A stretch of 64,000 nucleotides of DNA from Octopus bimaculoides. Lineage: Eukaryota. Location: assembly GCF_001194135.2 (NCBI RefSeq), contig NC_068982.1, forward strand, positions 166,404,472-166,468,471, written 5' to 3'. The notes under the pieces were generated by a model, which saw only the letters and a program-made list of their open reading frames with translations, was not told where the DNA came from and made no database searches. Below are positions 61,780-64,000 of this stretch, in pieces (the stretch's first letter is position 1; each line of letters opens with the position of its first letter). Position numbers and translations under genes: made by a program.

Positions 61780-62210
61780 GAAGTGTTTCTTTTCTACAGG
61801 TAAAATGGAAAACAGTTTCACTGGTATTAATTTCACATACGTAAATCAGAAAATTATTTCGATGGTATTGATTTCACACAAGTAAATAGAAAACAATTTT
61901 AATAGTTTTACACATAAAGAAAACATTTCTGATGAGATTAGTCACCCAGAGAAAGCTTATATATTCTTCATTTCACATAGATAAAATAAAGAACATTTTT
62001 AATAAATCTAATTTCATAAAGATAAGAAAACATTTTCAGTCAGATTAAATTCACACGTGAATAGAAAACAGTTTTAATAGGCTTATATTTTTAACAGAAA
62101 CCATTATAGCCTTAATTTTATACAGACAGATAGTAAAATGATATCTGGTAGAATAAATTAATTTCACACAAAGTGCTGAAAAACACAATTCTTCCGTTTT
62201 CTGGTGTGGA
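61780..62210. repeat. Degenerate ~35-41 bp minisatellite
   Basis: Recurring unit like 'atttcacacaagtaaatagaaaacaattttaat' seen about 8-10 times with heavy divergence. Confidence 0.55.
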
Positions 62211-64000
62211 AAAAAAATTCTAGTAACTTTAAAAGAATATACTTTACAGATTGTCAGACATAACAAGAAATAGAAGTTGAAAGTATATTTCAAGTTCGAA
62301 TTCACTAACATTCATAATGAAAATATAACTCAGATTTATTATTGGCACTGTTGAGTCACCAGGTATTGGGACTTAGGATTCACTTTTTGGCTATTTTACT
62401 GACCTCTTCTCGGTTAGTCAGACCTTTTGTGTTGATACAATTAAAACAAAAACAACTTCTTTTTACTAGAATTTGAAAGTAAAAAAAAAAATACAGCCTA
62501 AGCCAACGAAAATATTAACTGACACCTTCAGTTCCACCTATTTAATGGTTTAAAAATATTTTTTATTGTTTTACATATTTCTCTGCTAGTGTGAGTGACA
62601 TGCTTTGTTGTAGCAATTGTATTTAATTTTTCATTTTTAAAATTCTAATTTTATTTATTTATACATATATATATTTTTTGTAATAAGATATATTTCTTTC
62701 TTTTCTCCACTCAACTGGTAAGAGTGGAAGTTATCAGTCCAGCAGAATTATGTGCTTTAACCAACTTTTTCAATCTAGTAGGCCAGTACTAATTTCTGGC
62801 TTCTTGGTATGAAGTGGGTGAAAGAAATGTGACCATATACAAGATGCTAGTATATTTGCAGGTACTTTCCCCACAGCACTATGAGACAACGAATCACTAA
62901 TTTTACAATTTAGCTGCAGCTTATAATAATGAGTTATATTACACTGCCATACATACTCAGAATTCAATGGACATAGTCAAAGTCATTAGCATCAACACAA
63001 AATGAACCTCTGATTTTTTTGATTGACTGGTTATTCAGCATCTTATCAATTTAGTCATCTTTACATTTAATCTTTAAAGTAAAAAATTCTCTGTTAATTA
63101 TACTTATTCATATTGATCTTTTTGAACTATGAAGGCATTGGAAATTTCCATAGAAATTCAAATCAATTGGAAATAAGTGCACTTTGCACACATGTGAATC
63201 ACGAGTTTTCTTTTGTTTTAGAATGAAAACAAGAGAAATTATATCACAATATCACACTTCAGAACATCATATATTGCAAGTGTGGACAGCATTTGGTCAA
63301 CCCACCTTATATTAGTAATGCTGAACAGAAAATGTGATTAAAAAGGCAAGCATAGTAACTAGACACAATACAATAAAATAGATAACTACAAAGCAGTACA
63401 GTACTGAAATGACATGTTAGAAAAAATGTGTACTACATTCAGACAGAATATTTGGTTGCACATTAACAGAGTGTGAATATAACACAGCACATGATAAACA
63501 GTGGAATGACTGTGCAAAATATAGTTAGCATTCATACAGAGAGACAACCAGAGCAGATAGAAGGTTTCACACTCAGGAGAAAAGAAAAAGGATAAGTAGG
63601 CCAACTGCTTAGATTCTTAATAATAATAAATTTGTAAAATGAAAAGATTAAGAGTTGAACATTATCAACAGGAAAAATGGATGTCAAAAAAATTCAATTT
63701 ATTAGAATTCCTATGTTTAGCCAAACTTCACATTGATTACATTAAATATTTCTATTTTACTAGATCATCACCATCAAAGTCAGTGAGAAAGCATGTTTGT
63801 TGTTGCTTGACAAACAAGAAATAGCAGTTAAATCTCTTTTGGATCACACTCTACTATCCTTAGGAAAAGGAAGAATATAGTAGAAAATGACATATAAGAT
63901 AAACAATGTCTGAAAAGATGGGATGGTCATGGCTGGAATGTCTTTAATCATAGATTTGCATGAAAACGCTGGACAAAATATGTTTGTAGATGAGAGGGAA

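Noticed and set aside
56300-64000. Short ORFs in the final 8 kb
   Set aside because: No recognisable domains or phase-consistent exon chain; attributed to LINE relics and AT-rich background.

Overview
AT-rich, repeat-dense animal genomic DNA with several N-gaps. The repeat landscape (RTE-type LINE 3' ends with (GAT)n tails, tRNA-headed SINEs, long microsatellites) points to an octopus-like cephalopod, which is an inference. Two multi-exon host genes lie on the minus strand and were reconstructed by hand with phase-consistent GT-AG junctions. The first is a complete 9-exon DCLRE1A/SNM1A (23487-38702, 906 aa). The second is alpha-L-iduronidase IDUA (796-17010; 12 exons visible, one probably hidden in the 9483-10220 gap, 3' end outside the window). 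A third, uninterrupted 602-aa ORF (51576-53384, minus) encodes a BED-finger hAT transposase/ZBED-like protein whose catalytic Glu codon reads Lys. The remainder is Penelope-like, RTE, CR1/L2-like and Tx1-like LINE relics, Tc1/mariner, MULE, hAT and piggyBac MITEs, a Helitron-like element and SINEs. The best leads are the catalytically altered but intact hAT ORF with a candidate spliced leader, a 174-bp single-mismatch intronic hairpin in IDUA, a candidate poison exon in DCLRE1A, and an SNM1A N-terminus with tandem PIP-like boxes and no UBZ finger. No prokaryote-style system, CRISPR array, rRNA or true tRNA gene was seen.
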